This document shows, piece by piece, positions 26,465-33,625 of a DNA stretch of 33,676 bases. The stretch is from a virus. Lineage: Duplodnaviria > Caudoviricetes. Below the pieces are notes generated by a model, which ran no database searches, was not told the DNA's origin, and saw only the letters and a list, made by a program, of their open reading frames with translations. The DNA is taken from positions 1 to 33,676 of IMG/VR virus record IMGVR_UViG_3300021446_000034; one strand, written 5' to 3'. Within the stretch, counting starts at the first letter, position 1. Every line of letters starts with the position of its first letter. Made by a program: the position numbers and the translations under genes.

Positions 26465-26907
26465 GCCTTGGGCGGTTCGTTGTACACATCTCTCGTCGTA
26501 TTCGGGGGTGGATTATGCACCAGCTCTTCCATCACTCTATATTTCTCTCTCTTTTCATCATGATAACTGAACGACTTTGCACCACTTTCCGATGGTATCT
26601 CCGACTCACTCAAACACGCCTCCCCATACAAAGTCGTATCTTGTGAGAAACGAGAGACAAACACAGGAACCGCGTCCCAAAAGTACGAAAAGTGTATGAG
26701 ATCAACTGCTTCCTCTATGTCAAATCTCGCATATGGATTGGACGTAAACTTCACCTCACAAGCGAACAAAACACCATCTACAAATCCCAATACGTCCGGT
26801 AGTTCGAGTTGAGTAGCCGATCCGGAAGAAGGAATCCGTATTCCTGCGTTACTCCACTCGATAAATTTCATACGGAGTTCTCTCTCCGTTCTATCTCCAG
26901 AACCCAT
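26461..26907 (-). CDS. hjc: Archaeal Holliday junction resolvase
   Basis: GDRTEREL, RIPSSGS, LPDVL, ACEVK. Confidence 0.88.
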   Translation of the reverse strand: MGSGDRTERELRMKFIEWSNAGIRIPSSGSATQLELPDVLGFVDGVLFACEVKFTSNPYARFDIEEAVDLIHFSYFWDAVPVFVSRFSQDTTLYGEACLSESEIPSESGAKSFSYHDEKREKYRVMEELVHNPPPNTTRDVYNEPPKA

Positions 26908-27086
26908 TATCTGTTACTTAAAAGATCTTCAAGAGATTTGAAATCTCCTAGACAATCCGTAAATAGTTCCTCCACACTCTTACCCTCAGCAACAAACACG
27001 TCGCCATCTCTCCTCCGGTCAACTAAACGGTAATAATACACGCTATCTTCCACAATCCTAATTTCTACTCCTTCAATTCCTACCAT
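26907..27086 (-). CDS. Hypothetical protein
   Basis: C-terminal part of the tracked ORF from ATG 27086 (MVGIEGVEIRIVED...), chosen to avoid a long overlap. Confidence 0.5.
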   Translation of the reverse strand: MVGIEGVEIRIVEDSVYYYRLVDRRRDGDVFVAEGKSVEELFTDCLGDFKSLEDLLSNR

Positions 27087-27336
27087 CAATATTCTCCTTA
27101 CAACTCGGTTGAAAGCATGGATACAGATTCCACCGGATCGCCTTTTGCCGCGACCTATTTCTCCACTCTTGATCGCAAGAGTGAGGAGTGACGCATACAG
27201 GATCTCCATTCTCATCTACCTCGTGATACACCCGAGATTTAGTGGAAGACGTACCGATTGCAACCGTTTCGTCCATTGGCCGTTCTTCCCTCTCTAAGCG
27301 ATTGCTCTCTTCTAATTTCTTTCTTGTAGTCCCCAT
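27073..27336 (-). CDS. Small putative zinc-binding protein
   Basis: RVYH...PVC...PCFQPSC. Confidence 0.6.
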   Translation of the reverse strand: MGTTRKKLEESNRLEREERPMDETVAIGTSSTKSRVYHEVDENGDPVCVTPHSCDQEWRNRSRQKAIRWNLYPCFQPSCKENIDGRN

Positions 27337-27473
27337 CAGTAGGCTCTCACCGTTTTGTCTTCTTCACACCTGTCTCCACACTCAATGCACCTGTGAACGT
27401 TGTCGTCATTGTCTCCGAACACCCGTGCAAACCGTTTCGTTACTGGTTCTCCGCAGTTTTGGCATTCAGTCAT
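27336..27473 (-). CDS. 45-aa haloarchaeal CxxCG zinc-finger microprotein
   Basis: Below cutoff. MTECQNCGEPVTKRFARVFGDNDDNVHRCIECGDRCEEDKTVRAY, a pattern common in haloarchaeal small proteins. Confidence 0.7.
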   Translation of the reverse strand: MTECQNCGEPVTKRFARVFGDNDDNVHRCIECGDRCEEDKTVRAY

Positions 27474-27666
27474 CATTTGTTATGGCAGTTGGTTTTTGTC
27501 TGCGTTTTCGCTTTCTGTAGATGAAGTCCTCTATCGCCGCTCCAATTGTCGTGCCCTGTCCTACTCTCCACACGTCACCGCTTTTGCGGACAACAAAGTA
27601 GGGATGGAATGGAGGAGGTCCTTCACATATCTTCGCGTCTTCAATCGTAAATTGATCTTCTGGCAT
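27466..27666 (-). CDS. Hypothetical protein
   Basis: Likely start ATG 27666 (MPEDQF...), immediately after the upstream stop. Confidence 0.5.
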   Translation of the reverse strand: MPEDQFTIEDAKICEGPPPFHPYFVVRKSGDVWRVGQGTTIGAAIEDFIYRKRKRRQKPTAITNDD

Positions 27667-27667
27667 C

Positions 27668-27880
27668 TCAATCCCCACGCTCTTTCCGTAACTCGTCTTC
27701 CCACAATTTTTGGCGTAGAGAGTCAACTGCCCGTTCCAAAGTAAGACCAGTCGCAATTCTTGACTCCGTTTCTGGAGCATCATACGACAAACACACCCAC
27801 TCTTTCGGAGGCCCGTCTCCTATTGATGAATCGTACACTGTCGTATTTATTTCAAGAAACTCAGGATTGAGGTCAAACAC
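27668..27880 (-). CDS. Hypothetical protein
   Basis: 70 aa ORF overlapping the ERCC4 stop. Confidence 0.55.
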   Translation of the reverse strand: MFDLNPEFLEINTTVYDSSIGDGPPKEWVCLSYDAPETESRIATGLTLERAVDSLRQKLWEDELRKERGD

Positions 27881-28541
27881 TCCCCAACTCCTCCTTTATT
27901 GTCTTCGCCCGTTTTTCACCAATTCCTTCTACACCCTCTATTTCCTGATCGTCGGCGCTTAACAGAGCAGTCATACTCGGAAAACGCTCGTACAACTTTT
28001 CAGCTGTGGATGGTCCAATACCACTCAAACAACCGAAAATCTGCATCGTAACAGGTCTATCGGTGTCAACTGATACTTGGTTGGTATATGAGGTAGTAGG
28101 CTCTTCAATGTGTTTCCGCGCCAACCGAACCACCATATCAACCAGCAACGCGGTATTGGAACACGGTATTACCGGTATTCCTTTCCGTGCCATCGTTGAC
28201 GCCATATGACCACGGATCGAGGAACCCCCCATATTCGTGTGTGTCAACGATTCCGTCTCCGACAAATCTCCATCTACCATCACATACACATTGTCGGATG
28301 CCTCTTGCATATTCTCTATCTGTTTTGGGAGACGGCCCTCAAGCAGTGAGGAGGCGTAATCACTCGGCGTTTTCCGTTCTACCATGAGAGACGATTTCTC
28401 AACAACCAGATCCCCGTACTGGAGTTTATCCAGAACGTAATCCTCTACCTCTTCATGCATTGCGAGTTCCCGTACTACCTCTTGTGTTTCTTCCGTATCT
28501 TCGTGGATGTCTACTTTGACAGTTACTTGTTGTTTGCTCAT
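27873..28541 (-). CDS. ERCC4/XPF structure-specific endonuclease with tandem HhH
   Basis: VDIHE, GDLVV, VERKTPSDYASS, GRLPKQ; HhH motifs LSGIGPSTA and VEGIGEKRA. Confidence 0.9.
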   Translation of the reverse strand: MSKQQVTVKVDIHEDTEETQEVVRELAMHEEVEDYVLDKLQYGDLVVEKSSLMVERKTPSDYASSLLEGRLPKQIENMQEASDNVYVMVDGDLSETESLTHTNMGGSSIRGHMASTMARKGIPVIPCSNTALLVDMVVRLARKHIEEPTTSYTNQVSVDTDRPVTMQIFGCLSGIGPSTAEKLYERFPSMTALLSADDQEIEGVEGIGEKRAKTIKEELGSV

Positions 28542-28577
28542 ATTTTTATTTCTCTTCTACATCGCGGATTCGCTTCT

Positions 28578-28610
28578 TGGCTGTCGGAGGAATTGAACCC
28601 CCAAACAACC
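28578..28610 (-). ncRNA. tRNA minihelix (acceptor stem plus T arm) t-element
   Basis: GGTTGTT-T-GGGGG-TTCAATT-CCTCC-GACAGCC-A: 7-bp acceptor stem, 5-bp T stem, canonical T loop and discriminator A, with no D or anticodon arms. Confidence 0.65.
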
Positions 28611-28712
28611 GTGCCGAAGTAGATAAGGAGACATCTCCCTACCTACTCAAGTCCCCAAAGCGCTCACAGTCCCCAGTTGTGAGCGATAAGCAGTTTTAGG
28701 TGATGCCAGCAC
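28611..28712 (-). ncRNA. About 100-nt structured RNA between two tRNA-like elements
   Basis: Closing stem GTGCTG/CGGCAC encloses an 8-bp hairpin (CGCTCACA/TGTGAGCG) and a 13-bp hairpin (AGTAGGTAGGGAG/CTCCTTATCTACT). Confidence 0.5.
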
Positions 28713-28715
28713 CAG

Positions 28716-28814
28716 TGGGGGTGACAGGAATTGCACCTGTCCACGACACCGGAAGGTCAGCAAGAGGTGTTAGAGGATGGTCTCAATCGGCTTTGTCGTG
28801 CGTCTACAAGCCCC
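28716..28814 (-). ncRNA. tRNA-like RNA lacking a D arm and with an extended central stem
   Basis: GGGGCTTG...CACGACA/TGTCGTG stem, then G, T arm ACAGG-TGCAATT-CCTGT and 3' CACCCCC-A. Confidence 0.5.
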
Positions 28815-28816
28815 TC

Positions 28817-28860
28817 AAAAATACCCTTCAGGAGGATCAGACAGTTCCTCCATCAAGGAT
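28817..28860 (-). terminator. Hairpin followed by a U tract (terminator-like or part of the ncRNA)
   Basis: ATCCTT/AAGGGT plus GGAGGA/TCCTCC stems, followed by ATTTTT. Confidence 0.35.
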
Positions 28861-29084
28861 GCCTGTATTGCTGGCTTCTGGTGCAACAATATGCCACACT
28901 CCAATCCCGACGAACCATGTGCGTAGTTGCTATCTCTCTGATGGGGGAGTAGGAGATGCGAACCAAGACAAACGAACCGTGTGCGGTGGTTGAGATGACT
29001 CCGACGTTTTGACGGAGATTTGTTGTTCATTGAATCAATACGACAGCACCAGAAAGCCGATGCCAAACACCGGACAGGCCCGGT
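28861..29084 (-). ncRNA. About 220-nt structured RNA with long-range closing helix, probable pseudoknot and internal direct repeat
   Basis: GGCTTTCTGGTGC (29058-29046) pairs with GCACCAGAAGCC (28884-28873). The loop GCCTGT of hairpin ACCGG/CCGGT is complementary to the distal ACAGGC (28866-28861). Confidence 0.5.
28910..28985. repeat. 14-nt direct repeat ACGAACCRTGTGCG, two copies with a 62-nt period, CRISPR-repeat-like
   Basis: 28910-28923 ACGAACCATGTGCG and 28972-28985 ACGAACCGTGTGCG; each is followed within 2-3 nt by GTTG. Confidence 0.6.
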
Positions 29085-29087
29085 TAA

Positions 29088-29162
29088 TAGGCGATAGCGG
29101 ATTTGAACCGCTGGCACTGACGATGTAAGCGTCAGACTCTAACCAGACTGAGTTAATCGCCT
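29088..29162 (-). tRNA. tRNA-Val(TAC), CCA not encoded
   Basis: Full cloverleaf: AGGCGAT / ACTC-AGTCTGGTTA-GAGT / TGACG-CT TAC AT-CGTCA / AGCGG-TTCAAAT-CCGCT / ATCGCCT-A. Confidence 0.93.
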
Positions 29163-29234
29163 ACTGAACTACTTATGTCTCCGCGAGTTGTTCCTCACTC
29201 CTGTTCTAAGGAGCGTGTGTTGGTTCTGAGACAT

Positions 29235-29266
29235 TTCAAAGACAGAGTAGTAGTAAGTATCCTATT
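29235..29266 (-). promoter_or_regulatory. Bipartite motif copy 3 (AATAGGATACTTAC-N12-TTTGAA) upstream of the RNA cluster
   Basis: Matches the copy at 18798-18829. Confidence 0.5.
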
Positions 29267-29309
29267 CATACTGAAACGTCATCACAAACAACTGAGAGCC
29301 TTAGAGAAG

Positions 29310-29717
29310 TTACACTACATTCATCTTCTCCAGCTCTTCTTCCATTTGCCTCTGAAATCTATCTCCTCCCTGTTCTGCCTCTCTAATCAACGAAGTGTAA
29401 GCACTATACTCACCAAAATTCTCTTTATATACCAGCACCTCTGCCCTCTGGATCGTTTCGGGGAGCATACAGAACATCATCCCGAAACTACCCGTAACGG
29501 AAAACGGAATGAGGTACTTGTCGTGTTCTAATTTCCCGTCAATTCCTTGTTCCAATACTGGTTCGTTTATTGGATGGTTGTTGAAGTTCCAGACCACTGT
29601 ATCCTGATACAGATACGGCTGTCTAATTCTCCGTCGGAGAAAAGACTGAACCTCCTCAACAGTCGTCTGGTTGGTCATCCTCAACGAGTCGCTTTTGTAA
29701 TTATTTGTTCTACTCAT
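29310..29717 (-). CDS. Hypothetical protein
   Basis: 135 aa ORF overlapping the upstream stop. Confidence 0.6.
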   Translation of the reverse strand: MSRTNNYKSDSLRMTNQTTVEEVQSFLRRRIRQPYLYQDTVVWNFNNHPINEPVLEQGIDGKLEHDKYLIPFSVTGSFGMMFCMLPETIQRAEVLVYKENFGEYSAYTSLIREAEQGGDRFQRQMEEELEKMNVV

Positions 29718-30078
29718 CGTGAGACATTAAATCATCAATTTGAAAGCGCAATTCGCTCATATTTTCTTCTATTTCTTTGATCTCTTCGTCGGTATTCACA
29801 TTATTGATCTTTTCGTCAATCTCCGACAACGACCGCTTTATATCGTACTTTCTATATTCCAAAGACGGTGGATCAACCCCAGAAGATACCGCATCGTATT
29901 CTCTCTCCGTTAAACTATCAATTATATACGAACCTATAAGTCCACCACATACCCCCCACAAAACAGAAAACGCCAAATTCAGATTAGAGGTCACAACAAG
30001 ATAGCTCCCAACGAGGAATATAAACAAGAAACTAACCATCGCAAAGACATCAAACGATTCCCCAAAACTACTATCCAT
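29710..30078 (-). CDS. Membrane-anchored protein (2 TM) with C-terminal NVxTDEE module
   Basis: VFAMVSFLFIFLVGSYLVV and LAFSVLWGVCGGLIGSYII, then INNVNTDEEIKEIEENMSEL. Confidence 0.75.
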   Translation of the reverse strand: MDSSFGESFDVFAMVSFLFIFLVGSYLVVTSNLNLAFSVLWGVCGGLIGSYIIDSLTEREYDAVSSGVDPPSLEYRKYDIKRSLSEIDEKINNVNTDEEIKEIEENMSELRFQIDDLMSHDE

Positions 30079-30117
30079 ACGCTGAAACTCTCTGACTATC
30101 GACTACACCGAGATTCT

Positions 30118-32061
30118 TCAAAACATTACTTCTTCGCATAGTGCCTGAAGTTTCCGGTACAGTTCATTCTCAGAACCCACCCCAACGTGCCGATGGAAGA
30201 ACTCTGAGGCGTCAGTCGTAGTACCAATTCTTCCGGTATCACCGATTAAGGTTGTAACTCCAATCACCGGAAAGTTGCAGTTATCAAGAGCGGATTTGTA
30301 CTGGTCCGGATTTGCTGGCCTACCGTCCGTTATGACGATCATAAAAGGCTGTTTCTGAGCCATCCTTTCCAGACGGTGACGAGCGAGTTCAACAGTTTTC
30401 GCCATTGGTGTTCCACCTCCAGTTCGTTCGGTAAACACCGTATCCACATTGTTTTGCAACTCGCTATTGAACGGGAGAGTAACTCTCGGGGTGTATCCAC
30501 AGAGATCAAGGAGTGAGGTGTAGATTCCAAGGTCCTCAAGCGCCTTTGCGAGCGCACCTACCGCCCGTTCTGCTACCTCTATATTCCGTCCGGACATTGA
30601 CCCAGAACGATCCAGAACGATCATACAAGAATACTCCTTTTCGTCCTCGTCTTCGGTCCGTTCAAACACCCGTGGATTACCACGAGACGCACGAGTGAGG
30701 TTTCTTGTGTCGAATTTTCCACGTCGCTGGTTTCTCTTTACCCTTGACCGGTTCTCTCTTTGCAGACGGCGTTCCAAAGACTGTTTCAGTTGACGACTCC
30801 TCCTCCGCGCCTCGTCAAACGTGTCGTAATTTCCCTCTTCATTAGAAGGAAAGTCTACAGCAAGGTCACGGAGTTCACCATCAGTAGCACCAGTTCCTCC
30901 CTCTCGGTCTGAAAGTTCGGAAAGCATTTCATGGTACTCCTCAATTTCCTCCATTGCATCTCCGGCTGCATCTTCCGCTTCCCGCTGTACCTCATCGCTG
31001 TACTCCTCTACAATGTCTTTTCCGACCTCATCATGAGGATTTTCTTCATCAAGGGAACCGCCGACACTTCCATACTCATTGTCTTCCTCTCCGTCACTAC
31101 CTCCCTGTAACGCCTCCTCAAGGTCGTCCCTCGTTGGTAGATGACCAGCAGGTTGAATTGCACCGGCTTGTCCACCATCACCAGCACTTGCAGTAGGAAC
31201 GTCCGGCATATGAACAACCATTGGACCGCTTTCTTTGTTTTTGACCTGACGAACCCCTCCTATCTCGGCCTCATCAATCCAATCTTTGTACTCTTCATAG
31301 AACTCCTCTACAAGATCTACTCGCTTGCCGCCGTTCTCCGTTGAGAGGATCTTGGACACATAATCCTTGAGAATCGGTAAAAAGTCCTCAAACAACTCGT
31401 GGTCCGCCTCTCGTGCGAAGTTGTGGTTGTTGTCGTTTTCATTAAGGACTCGTCTCAAGTCTCCGGTGTCATAACACCCGAGGTCCATAACAGCACAGAT
31501 GGTAGCCTCATGAAAAGTATAGACGTACTTGTTGTCACCGATCTTTGTTCCGAACGCACCGTCCAAGTTCATCAAGTTGGTCCGCAGAATGAGAAGTTCG
31601 TCTTTGACGTTAAACTTCCCACGAAGTTGTGCCTCAATCGCACCGTCTTCAAACGCATTGAACAACTCCCGAAACATCGGCCACTCGTCTTCGTCCAACT
31701 TGGAATCCATGCTGATGAACTTATCAGAGTCCGTATAGAGAATGTGGCCCACCTCATGGAGAGTGATCGTCTCCTGCATCAACATTTCATAGATTCGGCG
31801 CGGATAATCAGTAACCGGCTGTTCCCACTCCTCACTACTGATGCGGACCTCTGGGGGGTCTACATCATAGGACGTATCCGACCGATTTGGATGAAGGAGG
31901 AGACGGAGTTTGACCGAGGTCATGATCCGTGCGAACTTCTCCAAGTAATTTTTCCTCCGTGATGACTGTCGCAACGCCTCGTTTTTTCCCACCCCAATTC
32001 TGTTTTTGACAGAACCGAGGTCAACATCCGCTGATACTTCTACCGACTGATCGCTTGACAT
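30118..32061 (-). CDS. CobT-like vWA domain protein with N-terminal HEXXH metallopeptidase-like domain
   Basis: LHEVGHILYTD...NAFEDGAIE; acidic linker; MIDAS DRSGSMS, GGTP, VITDG. Confidence 0.88.
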   Translation of the reverse strand: MSSDQSVEVSADVDLGSVKNRIGVGKNEALRQSSRRKNYLEKFARIMTSVKLRLLLHPNRSDTSYDVDPPEVRISSEEWEQPVTDYPRRIYEMLMQETITLHEVGHILYTDSDKFISMDSKLDEDEWPMFRELFNAFEDGAIEAQLRGKFNVKDELLILRTNLMNLDGAFGTKIGDNKYVYTFHEATICAVMDLGCYDTGDLRRVLNENDNNHNFAREADHELFEDFLPILKDYVSKILSTENGGKRVDLVEEFYEEYKDWIDEAEIGGVRQVKNKESGPMVVHMPDVPTASAGDGGQAGAIQPAGHLPTRDDLEEALQGGSDGEEDNEYGSVGGSLDEENPHDEVGKDIVEEYSDEVQREAEDAAGDAMEEIEEYHEMLSELSDREGGTGATDGELRDLAVDFPSNEEGNYDTFDEARRRSRQLKQSLERRLQRENRSRVKRNQRRGKFDTRNLTRASRGNPRVFERTEDEDEKEYSCMIVLDRSGSMSGRNIEVAERAVGALAKALEDLGIYTSLLDLCGYTPRVTLPFNSELQNNVDTVFTERTGGGTPMAKTVELARHRLERMAQKQPFMIVITDGRPANPDQYKSALDNCNFPVIGVTTLIGDTGRIGTTTDASEFFHRHVGVGSENELYRKLQALCEEVMF

Positions 32062-32083
32062 TATTGTTGGGTGTGGGGGTGGT

Positions 32084-33007
32084 TTAACTCAGGTGAGTGT
32101 CGATGACCTTGTTGATGGCCCTCTCATCGTGATCTTTCGCAATTCCCGAAAACACCCGTTTTGTAGCCTCTTTCAAACCCATAATTTTCTGCATCTTTCC
32201 GATTTTGATGAGATCACGAGTTGAAACAGGAGTCATAATATCTCCCTCTTTTCGTGCGTTGCGTAGTTTGTTTGCGATGTTTACGATAGTACGAGCGTTC
32301 GTAGAGTCCATATCACTCTTTTCAACGATCAAATCCTGCTCGTCTTCCAAATCCATATTGGGTACTTCAACCGGATAGAATCTGCCTTTGAACGCGGAGT
32401 TGAGGTCTTTCGTACCGGCATACCCGAGTGGATTCATCGTAGCGACAAACTTGAACTCCGGATGGGGGTCAACTACTTCTCCCGTTTCGCGGATAGTGAG
32501 TTCTCTGTTTTGTTCGTCTTCCGTAATTCCATGAAGTGGCATCGTTGCCTCACCGCTTGCAGCATTGATTTCATCCGCAACGAACATCCACCCATTGCGG
32601 ACTGCCTGAGACAGAATACCATATTGGAACGTAAAATCACCATCCCCATCAGGAGCGTAGTGTCCCACCAGCTCGTCGTAGGTCACATCTACCCCGAAAT
32701 TGAGACGGACCATTGGACGATTGGTTTTCATGCAAATGTACTTCGCCAGACAGTCCTTTCCCACCCCAGTTTCACCGATCATGAGAGTCCCGAAGTCGTT
32801 ATCCTCAATCGTCATAGCGACTTCCTCCTGTAGAGAGCAACCTGAATCCTTCTTCGGATCGTAATAGGAATGGGTGACTTCAGGCACGAGTGGGTGTTCT
32901 ACATCCTCAAGAACCGTCAGACCATGGAACGTCTCGTCCGTGGGTTCCCCAGCAGGTTTGTTCAGTTGACTCACGTTGCCGTCAAAACCGTTGTTTTTTT
33001 CTGGCAT
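32084..33007 (-). CDS. MoxR-type AAA+ ATPase (CbbQ/NirQ/CobS-like)
   Basis: GETGVGKD, ELVG, FVADEIN, HPEFKFVATMNP, YAGTKDLNSAFKGRF, STRDLI. Start taken at ATG 33007. Confidence 0.9.
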   Translation of the reverse strand: MPEKNNGFDGNVSQLNKPAGEPTDETFHGLTVLEDVEHPLVPEVTHSYYDPKKDSGCSLQEEVAMTIEDNDFGTLMIGETGVGKDCLAKYICMKTNRPMVRLNFGVDVTYDELVGHYAPDGDGDFTFQYGILSQAVRNGWMFVADEINAASGEATMPLHGITEDEQNRELTIRETGEVVDPHPEFKFVATMNPLGYAGTKDLNSAFKGRFYPVEVPNMDLEDEQDLIVEKSDMDSTNARTIVNIANKLRNARKEGDIMTPVSTRDLIKIGKMQKIMGLKEATKRVFSGIAKDHDERAINKVIDTHLS

Positions 33008-33100
33008 TGTATTCCAAGATTGCTTATTCTGCAACTTCTATCCTCAATTGTTTTCTCTGTCTGTTCTTCCAAAGGTAGTGTGCAACTACCGATTTCTTTC

Positions 33101-33397
33101 TTATTCGTCACCCATGCCGAAGAAGTCTTGTAGTTCTTTCACAACCGTCTCTGCCGATTGTCTATTGAGAATGAGAGTAGTGGAAACCACCTCACCGTTT
33201 TCGTTCTTACCGTTCAATTCAACAGTAGCACACCAGCCATCTTGACTAGGCGGCCAACAATCGCTTATTCCGAACTTCACACTACCGCCTTCATCCGTTG
33301 CCAATCCCGACTTGGCCTTGATACTACCATCTTTTATTGACGTGTTTACCGCAACGTACTCATCCTCTTCAAGTTCTATTTCGTCTCCGGGCATCAT
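33101..33397 (-). CDS. Hypothetical protein
   Basis: 98 aa acidic ORF. Confidence 0.6.
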   Translation of the reverse strand: MMPGDEIELEEDEYVAVNTSIKDGSIKAKSGLATDEGGSVKFGISDCWPPSQDGWCATVELNGKNENGEVVSTTLILNRQSAETVVKELQDFFGMGDE

Positions 33398-33430
33398 TGT
33401 TTTAGTGTCAGGCTTATAGTGTTGGGTCAG

Positions 33431-33625
33431 CTACCATACATCTCGGACCTTCCAAAGAAGCCAACCAGTAGCAAGAGGGAAGGGAAGGAATATCAGGCTT
33501 ACAAGGAACGACCCACTAGCAGCAGCACCGACTGCACCAGCCAGCAGCAAGACAGAGAAGCCAAAGAGCAAGGGGGCTATTATCCGCTTGTTGACTTCTT
33601 TATCCTCAACAATACCATTAATCAT
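33431..33625 (-). CDS. Small membrane protein
   Basis: IIAPLLFGFSVLLLAGAVGAAA and FLVSLIFLPFPLATGWLLW. Confidence 0.6.
   Translation of the reverse strand: MINGIVEDKEVNKRIIAPLLFGFSVLLLAGAVGAAASGSFLVSLIFLPFPLATGWLLWKVRDVW

Noticed and set aside
28680-28852. Possible RNase P RNA (GAGGAAC... and ...AAAACTGCTTAT) or tmRNA
   Set aside because: The two putative P4 strands are not complementary, and the tRNA-like element is too short and has no tag reading frame.
28700-29117. ORFs 28700-28993, 28731-28952 and 28815-29117
   Set aside because: They overlap tRNA-Val and the structured elements and have atypical composition; the region is better explained as ncRNA.
1627-29802. NVxTDEE module as a DNA-level repeat or miniature mobile element
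   Set aside because: The copies diverge at synonymous positions, have no terminal repeats or target duplications, and are always in frame.
33431-33625. C-terminal RDVW as another W-tail
   Set aside because: This is a membrane protein and the tail does not fit [AG]-x-[SDT]-W.
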